Positions 51,006-60,346 of a DNA stretch of 64,000 nt are shown here, piece after piece. Origin of the DNA: Promethearchaeota archaeon (GTDB lineage: Archaea; Asgardarchaeota; Lokiarchaeia; Sigyniarchaeales; SOKP01); NCBI GenBank assembly GCA_019058445.1, contig JAHPZA010000006.1:576001-640000 (forward strand), read 5' to 3'. The notes beneath the pieces were generated by a model. It ran no database searches and was not told the DNA's origin. It saw only the letters and a list, made by a program, of their open reading frames with translations. Each line of letters begins with the position of its first letter. Position 1 is the stretch's first letter. Made by a program: the position numbers and the translations under genes.

Positions 51006-51539
51006 TTAAATTAGATGTGCTTTTTCAGCTAATATATAGGCCATTTTAGAGAAAATGTTTTGAACATTTTCACCCGTTTTAGCAGAACTTTCGATATAAT
51101 CGCAAATTTTATGCTCAATTGCTAAGTCAATTGCCTCGTTCATAAGGATGGATCGTTTTTGGTTTAAATCTACTTTACTTCCAATCATAATAATAGGAAC
51201 ATCATCCTTTGCATCATTTAATCCTTTTTTAAATAGTGTGAGCCATTCATTTATATTTTTAAAACTTGTGCGTCTCGTAAGATCAAACATGATAATCCCT
51301 CCAGATGCTCCTTTTACATAATCAGGAAGAAGATGTCTAAATCTTTTCTCCCCTGCAAAATCCCAGATTTGTAAAGTAATCTTGTGATCTAGAATTTCTA
51401 TAATATCAATGAAAAATTCAACTCCAAGTGTCATATTTAAATTATCCTTAAAATTCCCAGTAATGTACCGAGTCAATAAGGAAGTTTTTCCAACTCCTCC
51501 GTCTCCAAATATGCATACTTTGAAATAATTATTAATCAT
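51006..51539 (-). CDS. Rab-like small GTPase
   Basis: GDGGVGKT, TLGVEF, WDFAG, SKVD, SAK. Confidence 0.92.
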   Translation of the reverse strand: MINNYFKVCIFGDGGVGKTSLLTRYITGNFKDNLNMTLGVEFFIDIIEILDHKITLQIWDFAGEKRFRHLLPDYVKGASGGIIMFDLTRRTSFKNINEWLTLFKKGLNDAKDDVPIIMIGSKVDLNQKRSILMNEAIDLAIEHKICDYIESSAKTGENVQNIFSKMAYILAEKAHLI

Positions 51540-51779
51540 TATGAATTCGCTAGAAAATTTCTAAAAAAATTAACCTTTAACCCAAATTTTACAAAAATGT
51601 TATCAATTTTTTATAAGAATAGCACTCTTTTAAACCTTCTTATCATTAATTTTGGGTGATTATAAAATTCATTGATGGTGAGAGTTTTAATAGATGATTG
51701 AAATCACTAAAAATATGAATCAAATAGAGAGAATTGAAATAATAAATTTTATTTTATTGAATGAATTAATCGTTTTTAA

Positions 51780-52184
51780 TCATTCAGCAGAATTAAATAC
51801 TTTATTCAATATCTTTAAAAATAACTGTAATTTTTCCCTTTTTAATCCATAATAAGTATAACTCCCTTTTTTCCAACTCTTTATTAAATCCGCTCTCTCT
51901 AACTTCCTAAGATGATGAGAGATTGTAGATTGTGATTTATTAAGGATTGCTTCGAGTTCACAAACACATCTATCTTTCTCTTTCAGCGAGTTGAGAATAA
52001 TTAGGCGTTCCACAGATGCAATAGAGGTGCCAAAATCAGCAATATTTATAAAATCTTCATCATATTTTAAATATTGACCTAAATTCTGTAAATCCTCGAA
52101 ATACTTACTTGAACTACATACACTATCACATGCACATAACATATCCATCAGTTCAGCCTTGCGTTTTGTATTCATGATTAACAC
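51780..52184 (-). CDS. arsR: ArsR/SmtB family metalloregulator
   Basis: DRCVCEL metal box, SQSTISHHLRKL; divergent from the ars genes. Confidence 0.9.
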   Translation of the reverse strand: MLIMNTKRKAELMDMLCACDSVCSSSKYFEDLQNLGQYLKYDEDFINIADFGTSIASVERLIILNSLKEKDRCVCELEAILNKSQSTISHHLRKLERADLIKSWKKGSYTYYGLKREKLQLFLKILNKVFNSAE

Positions 52185-52231
52185 TTTAATGATAAAATTA
52201 GAAGATTCTTTAATTCTCTATATTATATATA

Positions 52232-52288
52232 TAAATCGATAAATATAAATCTAATTGATTTAAATAATCTAAATCGATAACTATAAAT
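52232..52288. promoter_or_regulatory. Putative ArsR operator: two 19-bp direct repeats with an ATCGAT core
   Basis: taaatcgataaatataaat (52232-52250) and taaatcgataactataaat (52270-52288) in the divergent promoter. Confidence 0.5.
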
Positions 52289-52351
52289 TTGACAAATTCT
52301 ATTAATATTTCAAGCCTTAAAAATATATTTTAAAATATAAAAAAATTAAAA

Positions 52352-53098
52352 ATGAAAACTAATTCACTTAAAAAATTGAAAGTTGGAATAGTATCTGATG
52401 GAAAATATGGTGAAAGAGCTTTTGAGAATATAAAGAGGAACTTTAAAGTATACTGGATTCTCGTTCCAGACATACCTTCTAACATCATGTTAGATGATGA
52501 TTTAGAACTTGATATCCCTGATTGCGATTTATACGTTTCTTACGTTAGACATCCAGATATTATCTTGGAATTAGTAGACCTTCAAAAGCCATTGATACTT
52601 GGCGTATTACCGGGTGTTGGTCTATTAAATCAAGCAAGAACCATAAATCCATATGTAATTCATGCTCCCACCATGTGTTCTCTTGAGAATGATACAGGAA
52701 TTCCAGAAATTGACATATTTACAACCTATTACGGAAGGCCAATTTATGAGCCTAAAATTGATGAAAGTGGAAAATTTAAAGAAATAAAAGTAAAACGCTC
52801 ATCATTATGCGGATCTTCTGAAGCAGGAGCAGATTTTCTTTTAAATAAGGAATTCAACACTGAAAACCTTCAAAATTTTGCATTAAGTGTTTGTCATGAA
52901 TGTCGCGCGCCCCGGTTCGGCCATACATGTGATAAGGAAGTTGCTGGAGTCAATCATTTAGTTTCACTTTTAAATGCGATATCTCCTGAAGATTTGTCTC
53001 AGATTGATCAAAATTTAAGGCTTTTCATCGAAAGTATGAGAGATGAATACTCTAAAAGAATAAATAATTCTAGAATATTATTAAATAAAGTTAGTTAA
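52352..53098 (+). CDS. DUF166-like cysteine-containing protein
   Basis: DGKYGERA, PTMCSL, YGRP, RSSLCGS, CRA pattern. Confidence 0.65.
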   Translation: MKTNSLKKLKVGIVSDGKYGERAFENIKRNFKVYWILVPDIPSNIMLDDDLELDIPDCDLYVSYVRHPDIILELVDLQKPLILGVLPGVGLLNQARTINPYVIHAPTMCSLENDTGIPEIDIFTTYYGRPIYEPKIDESGKFKEIKVKRSSLCGSSEAGADFLLNKEFNTENLQNFALSVCHECRAPRFGHTCDKEVAGVNHLVSLLNAISPEDLSQIDQNLRLFIESMRDEYSKRINNSRILLNKVS

Positions 53099-53100
53099 AA

Positions 53101-54183
53101 ATGAGTGAAATAAATTTTAAAAACGACAGAATAAATAAAGCAGGAACACCTCATGAGCTAGGACTTTTCGGAAAGTTTTTACCCTTATGGGTAGCTTTAT
53201 GTATTTTTGCCGGAATCGTCCTTTCTCAGGTTGTTCCCGGAATCAGTGAGACGATAAATTCTTGGACAATAGGGCAAATATCCATTCCAATTGGAATCTG
53301 TTTATTCTTAATGATGTATCCAGGAATGCTGAATCTCCAAGCATCTGAATTGAAGAAGCTTGGTAAAAATCCTAAACCTATCATTTTAACTTTAATATCC
53401 AATTGGATTATAGCTCCTTTTGTTGGTTTAATGATGGCAAGAATCTTTTTACAGGGTCATGAGCAGCTAGTCGTAGCAATTATTTTACTTTCTGCCTCCC
53501 CTTGTACCGCTATGGTCCTTGTATGGGGTTGGATGGCCAGAGGGAACCAAGAGCAAAACGTTACCAATACAAGTTTGAATACCATAACAATTATATTTCT
53601 TTATGTTCCTATTGTTATTCTATTAACTGGCATCCAAAATATTCCAATTGATACAACTCTATTAATAATCTCGTTGATATTTTTTATAGGACTTCCATTA
53701 GCATTAGGAATAACATCAAAAAGACTATTAACGCAAACTAAAGGGGAAGAATGGTTTGAAAGCACTTATCGTCCTATGGTAGGAAAAATGTCGATTGTGG
53801 CATTACTGATAACGTTGATTATCCTTTTTTCTTTAAACGGAGATGTTTTACTTAAAAATCCTGAACTTTTACTCCTAGTTAGCATACCTCTCCTGGTTGG
53901 ATTTGCAATCGTCGTTAGCTATAATGTGATTATTACCAAGCTTTTTAAGCTAAAATATAGAGAAGCAGTCGTTACGGTAATCATTGGCTCATCAAGTCAT
54001 TTCGAAATTGCAATTGCTACTGCGATTGCCATATATGGGATTGGATCTATTGCCGCCTTAGGAACCACAATGGGATTGTTCTGGGAAGTTCCTGTGATGC
54101 TTTCAATAGTTTATTTAGGACGATTTCTTCAAAAACGAGGCTTCTGGGAAGTGAAATTTCCAGAAGATTCAAATAATAATTAA
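53101..54183 (+). CDS. acr3: Acr3 arsenite efflux transporter
   Basis: MMYP, NWIIAP, SPCTAMVLVW, SSHFEIAIA, EVPVM. Confidence 0.93.
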   Translation: MSEINFKNDRINKAGTPHELGLFGKFLPLWVALCIFAGIVLSQVVPGISETINSWTIGQISIPIGICLFLMMYPGMLNLQASELKKLGKNPKPIILTLISNWIIAPFVGLMMARIFLQGHEQLVVAIILLSASPCTAMVLVWGWMARGNQEQNVTNTSLNTITIIFLYVPIVILLTGIQNIPIDTTLLIISLIFFIGLPLALGITSKRLLTQTKGEEWFESTYRPMVGKMSIVALLITLIILFSLNGDVLLKNPELLLLVSIPLLVGFAIVVSYNVIITKLFKLKYREAVVTVIIGSSSHFEIAIATAIAIYGIGSIAALGTTMGLFWEVPVMLSIVYLGRFLQKRGFWEVKFPEDSNNN

Positions 54184-54203
54184 ATTTGAGGTGAATAGTA
54201 AAT

Positions 54204-55085
54204 ATGAAAGATGAAAAAGTAAAAATAAGTATTGTCAAGGATGAAAATGTAAAAAAGGTTGTTAGAGAAAAATATGGAATGATAGCAAAATCAAGCAGCT
54301 CCTGTTGTGCGCCTGTAAACTCATGTTGCACACCTATAAGTTCTTGCTGTGGAAGTTCCGAAACAGATATTATGAGTATGATTAGTAAAAACATAGGATA
54401 TAGTGATGAAGAACTTAAATCTGTACCAGATGGGGCTAATCTTGGGCTAGGATGTGGAAACCCTGTAGCCTTGGCTTCATTAAAAGAGGGGGAGACTGTT
54501 CTTGATCTAGGTTCTGGAGCGGGAATTGATTGTTTTTTAGCTGCTAATAAAGTGGGAAAATCTGGGAAGGTTATAGGTATTGATATGACACCTGATATGA
54601 TATTGTCAGCTAGAATGTATGCTGAAAAAAGTAATTACGATAACATTGAATTTAGACTCGGAGAGATCGAACATTTACCAGTAGAAACAACTACTGTAGA
54701 TATTATCATTTCCAATTGTGTAATCAATTTAGTGCCAAATAAAGATAGAGCATTTCAAGAAGCTTATAGAGTGTTAAAACCCGGAGGACGCTTGATGATT
54801 TCAGATATTGTTTTATTAAAAGAACTTCCTGATTTCGTTTTAGAATCAATAGATGCTTATATAGGATGTGTTGCTGGTGCGATATTAAAAGAAGACTATA
54901 TTAAATCAATGGAAAATGCAGGATTTACGAAGATTGAAGTGTTGGATGAAACTATGTTTCCAATCGATGTTTTAACTATTAATCCAAAAGTTATGGAAAT
55001 AGTCAAAGAGATGAATATTGAGCCTCAAATGTTAAAAGACATAGCGAATTCAGTAGTAAGCATAAAAGTAAAAGCATATAAATAA
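54204..55085 (+). CDS. arsM: Arsenite S-adenosylmethionine methyltransferase
   Basis: LGLGCGNP, DLGSGAGID, SNCVINL, GCVAGA; N-terminal CC repeats. Confidence 0.93.
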   Translation: MKDEKVKISIVKDENVKKVVREKYGMIAKSSSSCCAPVNSCCTPISSCCGSSETDIMSMISKNIGYSDEELKSVPDGANLGLGCGNPVALASLKEGETVLDLGSGAGIDCFLAANKVGKSGKVIGIDMTPDMILSARMYAEKSNYDNIEFRLGEIEHLPVETTTVDIIISNCVINLVPNKDRAFQEAYRVLKPGGRLMISDIVLLKELPDFVLESIDAYIGCVAGAILKEDYIKSMENAGFTKIEVLDETMFPIDVLTINPKVMEIVKEMNIEPQMLKDIANSVVSIKVKAYK

Positions 55086-55125
55086 TAAAGAAATGAGCGA
55101 ATGTAAGAAAGAATAAGGTGGAAAA

Positions 55126-56775
55126 ATGGCCGTAACCTATATGCGTAGATTGGAGGAAGAACCAGAAACTTACGATTTAAAATTTACAGCTCTCACTAAG
55201 GGACTAAATATCAAAGTTCAAGAGTGGGTATTGCGTCGAATTCCTGATTCCCAATCAATTTTAGAAGTAGGTTGCGGTACTGGCGCTCTAGCATCGAAAA
55301 TGGCACTTAAAGGTAATAATGTTGTTGCAATTGATAAAAACTTTCAAATGATTAATTATGCAATGCAAAATTATCCTTCTGAAGAGAATGTCAATCTTTT
55401 ATATCAAATTGGAACATTTACAGAATTCCCAGTTGAGAAGAATTCAAAGGATATAATTGTGAGTACTTTTATGTTATCTGAGCTTAGACCATTTGAACAT
55501 CAAATATTTTTGCGAAAAGCATGGAGTGCTCTAAAACCAAATGGTCGAATCATATTAGCTGCTGAATTTATTCCTTCAGGAATTTGGAGGATTCCTTTTA
55601 AAATAAAGCGTTGGTGGTTTAAAAAGAAATTACGTAGACTCAGATTAAGAACTACTTTCTTAGTAAAATGGTTTTATAATTATATTGAGCCAATCGGCTT
55701 TAAAATTCAAACCCTAAAAACTTGGAAACACGGTTCCATACAAGCTATGGAATTAGTAAAGCTAGGCAAAGAACCAGGATTTTATCGCCCCAAACCAAAA
55801 AAGTTTAAAGGAATCCGCGCTCAACTAAGGATATATCGATGTTTATTTACTGGTCAGATTGATCATGTTCCCATAGAACCCGGTATTTATCAATCCGGGC
55901 ACCCTAATGAAAATTCCCCCATTATAGTTACAGCGAATTACGAGTATACATACATTAAAGTTATGCGTAACCTAAAAGGACTTGATGCGTGGGTTTTATG
56001 TGTAGATTCCAATGGAATAAATGTATGGTGCGCTGCTCGTGGTAATGATTTTGGAAATGCCCAATTACTTGAAGCAGTGGAGGCAACAGAAATTCGCAAT
56101 CTTACACAGAAAAAAAAACTTTTACTTCCCCAACTCTCTGCTGGTGGAGTTGCTATACCACAATTACCTAGAAATTCAGAAAATTTTCCATTTAAAATTG
56201 TCTATGGCCCAATTTGGTCAAAAGATATTCGGAAGTATAATGATGAACAACCCGTAAGAAAACCAGACTCAATGAAAATTGCTAAATTTACGGTTTCCCA
56301 TCGAATACGAGCAGGGATTACACATACGACTTTTCTTTTAAGAAAAATCTTTCTTTTACCTCTTATAATCATAGCAGGTTTGTTGTTAGCATTAAATTGG
56401 GAAAATAAGTTATGGTGGATTGGAGAATTATTCATGTGGATTATAATAACAAACGCAATTATCGCTTTTTTATTCCCTCTTTCAAATTTTACCAGAAAAT
56501 TCATTAATAAGGGAATTTTCTTTGGAACTATTAATATATTAGTTTTAGGAGGGATTTCTTGGATATTGCATGGATCATTACTCTTTATTCTCTGGAACTT
56601 GAGTTTTTATTTTTGGATTGCATTTTTTTCCACTATGTCTTTTAGCGGATATACAATGTCAACAAGTCCAAGGGAAATTCAAACCGAATATAGGTTGTTT
56701 TTGATGGTAAATAAAATTTTACTTATTATAAGCTTATTTTTTTTAGCTTTTGGAATAATATTTTATATAATTTAA
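55126..56775 (+). CDS. hgcA: Class I SAM methyltransferase fused to an HgcA-like corrinoid protein (cap helix NVWCAARG plus TM domain)
   Basis: LEVGCGTG; EPGIY, SPIIVTANY, GINVWCAA, LLLPQLSAGGV, YGPI; C-terminal TM helices ending in ST..SP.EI. Confidence 0.8.
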   Translation: MAVTYMRRLEEEPETYDLKFTALTKGLNIKVQEWVLRRIPDSQSILEVGCGTGALASKMALKGNNVVAIDKNFQMINYAMQNYPSEENVNLLYQIGTFTEFPVEKNSKDIIVSTFMLSELRPFEHQIFLRKAWSALKPNGRIILAAEFIPSGIWRIPFKIKRWWFKKKLRRLRLRTTFLVKWFYNYIEPIGFKIQTLKTWKHGSIQAMELVKLGKEPGFYRPKPKKFKGIRAQLRIYRCLFTGQIDHVPIEPGIYQSGHPNENSPIIVTANYEYTYIKVMRNLKGLDAWVLCVDSNGINVWCAARGNDFGNAQLLEAVEATEIRNLTQKKKLLLPQLSAGGVAIPQLPRNSENFPFKIVYGPIWSKDIRKYNDEQPVRKPDSMKIAKFTVSHRIRAGITHTTFLLRKIFLLPLIIIAGLLLALNWENKLWWIGELFMWIIITNAIIAFLFPLSNFTRKFINKGIFFGTINILVLGGISWILHGSLLFILWNLSFYFWIAFFSTMSFSGYTMSTSPREIQTEYRLFLMVNKILLIISLFFLAFGIIFYII

Positions 56776-56812
56776 AATGAAGAATTAAAAAAAAATCATA
56801 AAAAAAATAAAA

Positions 56813-57124
56813 ATGACAGAATTAAAATCAAATCAAAGTTCATGCTGCACTCCGCAAGCGATTGTGCTTCCTCGTATTTTTATAAATACTTCTACATGTA
56901 CGGGGTGTGGCTTATGCGGAGAAGTATGCCCTTTCGGTCTCCCTAAACAGAATAATTCAGGAAAGTACGAAATACCCCATCCCGAACTATGCACTGAATG
57001 TAGTGCTTGTTTTAGAAACTGCCCTACACAAGCCATTATGATGCAAGAACAAAAAGGATGTGGTTGTTTATGGGATACACGTCAAAGAGCAAAAAATTCA
57101 CAGCAAAATTTATGCTGTGGTTAA
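56813..57124 (+). CDS. hgcB: HgcB-like 2x[4Fe-4S] ferredoxin
   Basis: CTGCGLCGEVCP, CTECSACFRNCP, GCGC, C-terminal CCG; directly after hgcA. Confidence 0.82.
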   Translation: MTELKSNQSSCCTPQAIVLPRIFINTSTCTGCGLCGEVCPFGLPKQNNSGKYEIPHPELCTECSACFRNCPTQAIMMQEQKGCGCLWDTRQRAKNSQQNLCCG

Positions 57125-57147
57125 ACTAAAATTTAAAGTGTATTAAT

Positions 57148-57537
57148 ATGGAAAAAGAAGAATTAAAAAAAATTGAAAATTCTTGTTGTACACAAAGCAC
57201 ATCGTGCTGTGGAAGTGCTGAGTCAGATCTTATCGATACATCAACTAATAAGGGGATTAAAAATGAATTAGATCCAAGTAAGCTAAATGTTGATATATAT
57301 GTTCCTCTAGACGCCTGTGCATGCGAGTGGTCTCAATTTATGAATCTTATTTTTAGTGCCCTTACACCACATATTAAATATATTAAATATGAAACAAAAA
57401 ACTTAAATTCTAAAGAAGCTCGAAGCCTTAATATTCGGAGCAAATGCGTTATAGTTGACGGAGAAAAAAAATATACAACCTCATATGCCTTAAAGAAAGA
57501 TCTACCTAATTTATTGAAAGAAAAGGGAATCCTATAA
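57148..57537 (+). CDS. Cys-rich thioredoxin-fold/ArsD-like putative metallochaperone
   Basis: SCCTQSTSCCG, DIYVPLDACAC, CVIVDG. Confidence 0.55.
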   Translation: MEKEELKKIENSCCTQSTSCCGSAESDLIDTSTNKGIKNELDPSKLNVDIYVPLDACACEWSQFMNLIFSALTPHIKYIKYETKNLNSKEARSLNIRSKCVIVDGEKKYTTSYALKKDLPNLLKEKGIL

Positions 57538-57574
57538 ATTTAAATTCAAATTAAAAGCACAAGGGGTAATTATA

Positions 57575-58045
57575 ATGAAAAAGATTTTTTTTGATATCAA
57601 TTTACCAATAAAGAATTTTCAAAAGGGTAAGAAGTACACAGTTGAAGTAAAAGACAACGCTACATTTTTAGAATGTCTCGCGATGGTTGATAAGCAAGAA
57701 CTCGAAGATCCAAAATCCATTTTTCCTATAAACGAGGGATTTATCCACAATTATTTACAGTTATTGGTTAACATCGAAGAAAATTATATTTACGATGATG
57801 TAGGGGTATATGCTTATGGTCCGGATGAAAATGGACTTATGAGAAAATTCATTCCAATTAGAGATAATGTAGAATTTAACGTATATCCTGACAGTGAAAT
57901 TCAATTACAACCTGATGTTGGATGTTGATGAGAAGCGGTGCAAGATCGGCTGGATATTGGAAAATTTAAAACAGTCCTACGTAAACGATATGGGAAAGAT
58001 AACGATTATTTTGCACATTACTTTAAAAAAGAAAAAGAAAAATAA
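57575..58045 (+). CDS. MoaD/ubiquitin-like protein, candidate selenoprotein (…PDVGC-U-U-EAVQDRL…KEKEK, 156 aa; 117 aa if the first TGA is a stop)
   Basis: TGT TGA TGA at 57923-57931; frame open for 37 codons to TAA 58043-58045; SECIS-like hairpin immediately 3'. Confidence 0.7.
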
Positions 58046-58094
58046 TATGTTGAATGAAATCTTTCAAAAAATTGTAGTGAAAGATTGACAATAG
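58046..58094 (+). ncRNA. Eukaryote/Lokiarchaeota-type SECIS element (cis-acting 3' UTR hairpin)
   Basis: TGTTG A ATGA AATCTTTCA AAAAATTGTAG TGAAAGATT GA CAATA: AUGA/GA core, perfect 9-bp upper helix, A-rich apical loop, lower helix. Confidence 0.75.
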
Positions 58095-58161
58095 GACCGC
58101 CTCCTATATTTCTTAATGAATAATTTAAAAAATCTCGTTATATTTTCTATCGTGAATATAT

Positions 58162-59121
58162 ATGGATATTTTCTCACATTTTTTATTTGCAATGCTGCTA
58201 TGTGTTTACTTTATGAGGTCATCCAGCGAGGAACTTGTAATTTTTGCAGGTTTAATGGCAGTATTGGCTGATTTTGATGTTTTTTTGCATTCTTTTAAAG
58301 TTGTGAGAAAATCTAAATTGTTGACCCATAAAGGAATTTCTCACTCTTATTTTGCTGCTCTAATTGTGTCTGCGCCTGCTGCGGGTATTTTTTCTTTAAT
58401 AACAGGAGAATCATTTCTACTATCTTGGATGATTGGCTTTATTTTTTATAGTCTTCATGTTACCCTCGATGCTTCAGCCGCATCTAAAATCCCTCTTTTT
58501 TATCCCATCTCAAAGAAACGGTTTCGATTTTTTATCGATCGGGCAATAAACCCTATATTAGCAATGATTTCAGGTATAGTTCTTCTTTTTTATTTGATTA
58601 TTTATTTTGTTAGTCCCGAGATTTTTTATTCTGATTTAATATATTACGTCTCATTGTTTTATTTCGGATATTTAGCTTACAAAATACTTACTAAAATTTG
58701 GGTTCAATTAAGACTGCCCAAAAATCAAAAATATATCCCCGGAATTCTTCCATTTGTTTACTATATTTACGAAAACCACAATTCAGATGCTAGGCTAATA
58801 TTTACACTCTCCAAAAAATATCAATTTCTTCCGAAAACTATGAAATTAATAGAAACTGAAATTATAACTGGATCTAAAGAAATGGAATATTTTAATAAAG
58901 CGAAAACGCTTAGCAAAAACTATATGTTCTTTTCTAAATGGGAGGCAGTAATTCCGATAATCTTAGACAATAATCGGTTTGTTGTTGTATTGCTTTTTTT
59001 AGCCGAAAGTTATGCTAATGGAAGAGCCTATACACTTGAAGTTGTTTTTGATAAAAATTCAAAAGAGCTGGTCCATATCTCTGATGGATTTGGTCGTGGT
59101 TTAACTGATTACCACAGCTAA
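58162..59121 (+). CDS. Membrane-bound metal-dependent hydrolase (YdjM/DUF457-like)
   Basis: D.FSH, ADFD, HKGISHS, HVTLD, LFYP. Confidence 0.8.
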   Translation: MDIFSHFLFAMLLCVYFMRSSSEELVIFAGLMAVLADFDVFLHSFKVVRKSKLLTHKGISHSYFAALIVSAPAAGIFSLITGESFLLSWMIGFIFYSLHVTLDASAASKIPLFYPISKKRFRFFIDRAINPILAMISGIVLLFYLIIYFVSPEIFYSDLIYYVSLFYFGYLAYKILTKIWVQLRLPKNQKYIPGILPFVYYIYENHNSDARLIFTLSKKYQFLPKTMKLIETEIITGSKEMEYFNKAKTLSKNYMFFSKWEAVIPIILDNNRFVVVLLFLAESYANGRAYTLEVVFDKNSKELVHISDGFGRGLTDYHS

Positions 59122-59454
59122 AAAATAAAAAAATAAAAAAATACCTCTAATTTTTTAAATCTGAATATTCTAGTTAGCAAAAGGCAGTGCCAAAGTAAGG
59201 AAATACGAGAAATCTTCAGTACACGAGTATATTTTGGAACATCTCCTTCGTTTTTCATACCTTTCTTCTAACGTTCTAGTTTTATCATTATTTAATTCAT
59301 ACATAGTTTATTACCTCTTCTTGTGAATCATAAAGGATATCAGAAATATTGTGTGAAATTACTTTTATTAACCTTCATATGACGATTTATTGAAAAATAG
59401 ATGATTTTGATTATGCAGATTAATTCTATAGTTAATTTCTTTTTTAAAATATAA

Positions 59455-59616
59455 TCAATTCTCTCTCGTTTGAGTTTCCAAACTTTTTCTTCTAATATAG
59501 AGCAAAATTTTAAGAATGATATAAACACCTATAGCAATTACACCTATTGCTCCAACTATCATGAAAAAATACGCTGCGCCAAGATTTCCTTCAAAATTTA
59601 CTGTGTCTAAAATCAT
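59455..59616 (-). CDS. Small single-TM protein
   Basis: MILDTVNF... with one hydrophobic helix. Confidence 0.45.
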   Translation of the reverse strand: MILDTVNFEGNLGAAYFFMIVGAIGVIAIGVYIILKILLYIRRKSLETQTREN

Positions 59617-59702
59617 CTTTTTTATTAAGGAGTAAATTTTCAAGTTTAATAATTGTTTTATAATTAATATAAATAGAAACAAGATAAAAGAATTTAACTT
59701 TC

Positions 59703-60299
59703 ATGTTAGAAAATGAGATTATTTTAAAAATAAGGAATTTTGCTATTGAGAACTCTGAGAAAAATGATATCCATGGATTTTCTCATGTTGAGCGGGTGTA
59801 TGATACATGTATTAAGATTGGCCGCAAATTAAACGCTAATATGAAAGTACTAAAAATTGCTGCTCTTCTTCATGACATTGGTAGAATTGAAGAAAAAGAA
59901 TCTCTTCTAAAACGAAATCACGCAGAAATTTCAGCATTAAAAGCCAAACAATTTCTAACTACAAATAATTTCAATCTTTCCGAAAAGGATATTGAGAATA
60001 TAGTTCATACTATAAGGGCTCATTCTTTTTCAAATAAGATTGCTCCTTATACGCTTGAAGCAAAAATCCTTTCAGATGCGGATAAATTAGACGCAATTGG
60101 TGCTATAGGAATTTTTCGGACCATTGGATTTACTTTACAGAAATACGGTGGAATTGAACAAGTGATTGAGCATCTTGAAAACAAGATTTTAACCTTAAAA
60201 GATAAAATGTATTTAGATTATACACAAAAAATTGCCGAAGAGCGCCATAATATTGTATTGGAATTCTATAGAAAATTAAAAAAAGAAAAAATTAGTTAA
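59703..60299 (+). CDS. HD-domain phosphohydrolase
   Basis: HGFSHVERV, LLHDIG, H, HSFS, DADKLDAIG. Confidence 0.9.
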   Translation: MLENEIILKIRNFAIENSEKNDIHGFSHVERVYDTCIKIGRKLNANMKVLKIAALLHDIGRIEEKESLLKRNHAEISALKAKQFLTTNNFNLSEKDIENIVHTIRAHSFSNKIAPYTLEAKILSDADKLDAIGAIGIFRTIGFTLQKYGGIEQVIEHLENKILTLKDKMYLDYTQKIAEERHNIVLEFYRKLKKEKIS

Positions 60300-60346
60300 T
60301 AGGAAAAAAATAGAGTTTGAAAAAAAAATAAGATTCTGAGTTTTTA

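Noticed and set aside
56020-56045. Selenocysteine in the HgcA cap helix
   Set aside because: The codon is TGC (Cys), not TGA
57894-58088. 64-aa ORF in an alternative frame
   Set aside because: No SD, starts inside the upstream gene and runs through the SECIS; better explained by UGA read-through in the main frame
59120-59320. Short minus-strand ORF fragments (MKNEGDVPKY...)
   Set aside because: Interrupted by stops and no recognisable motif; cannot support a gene or pseudogene call
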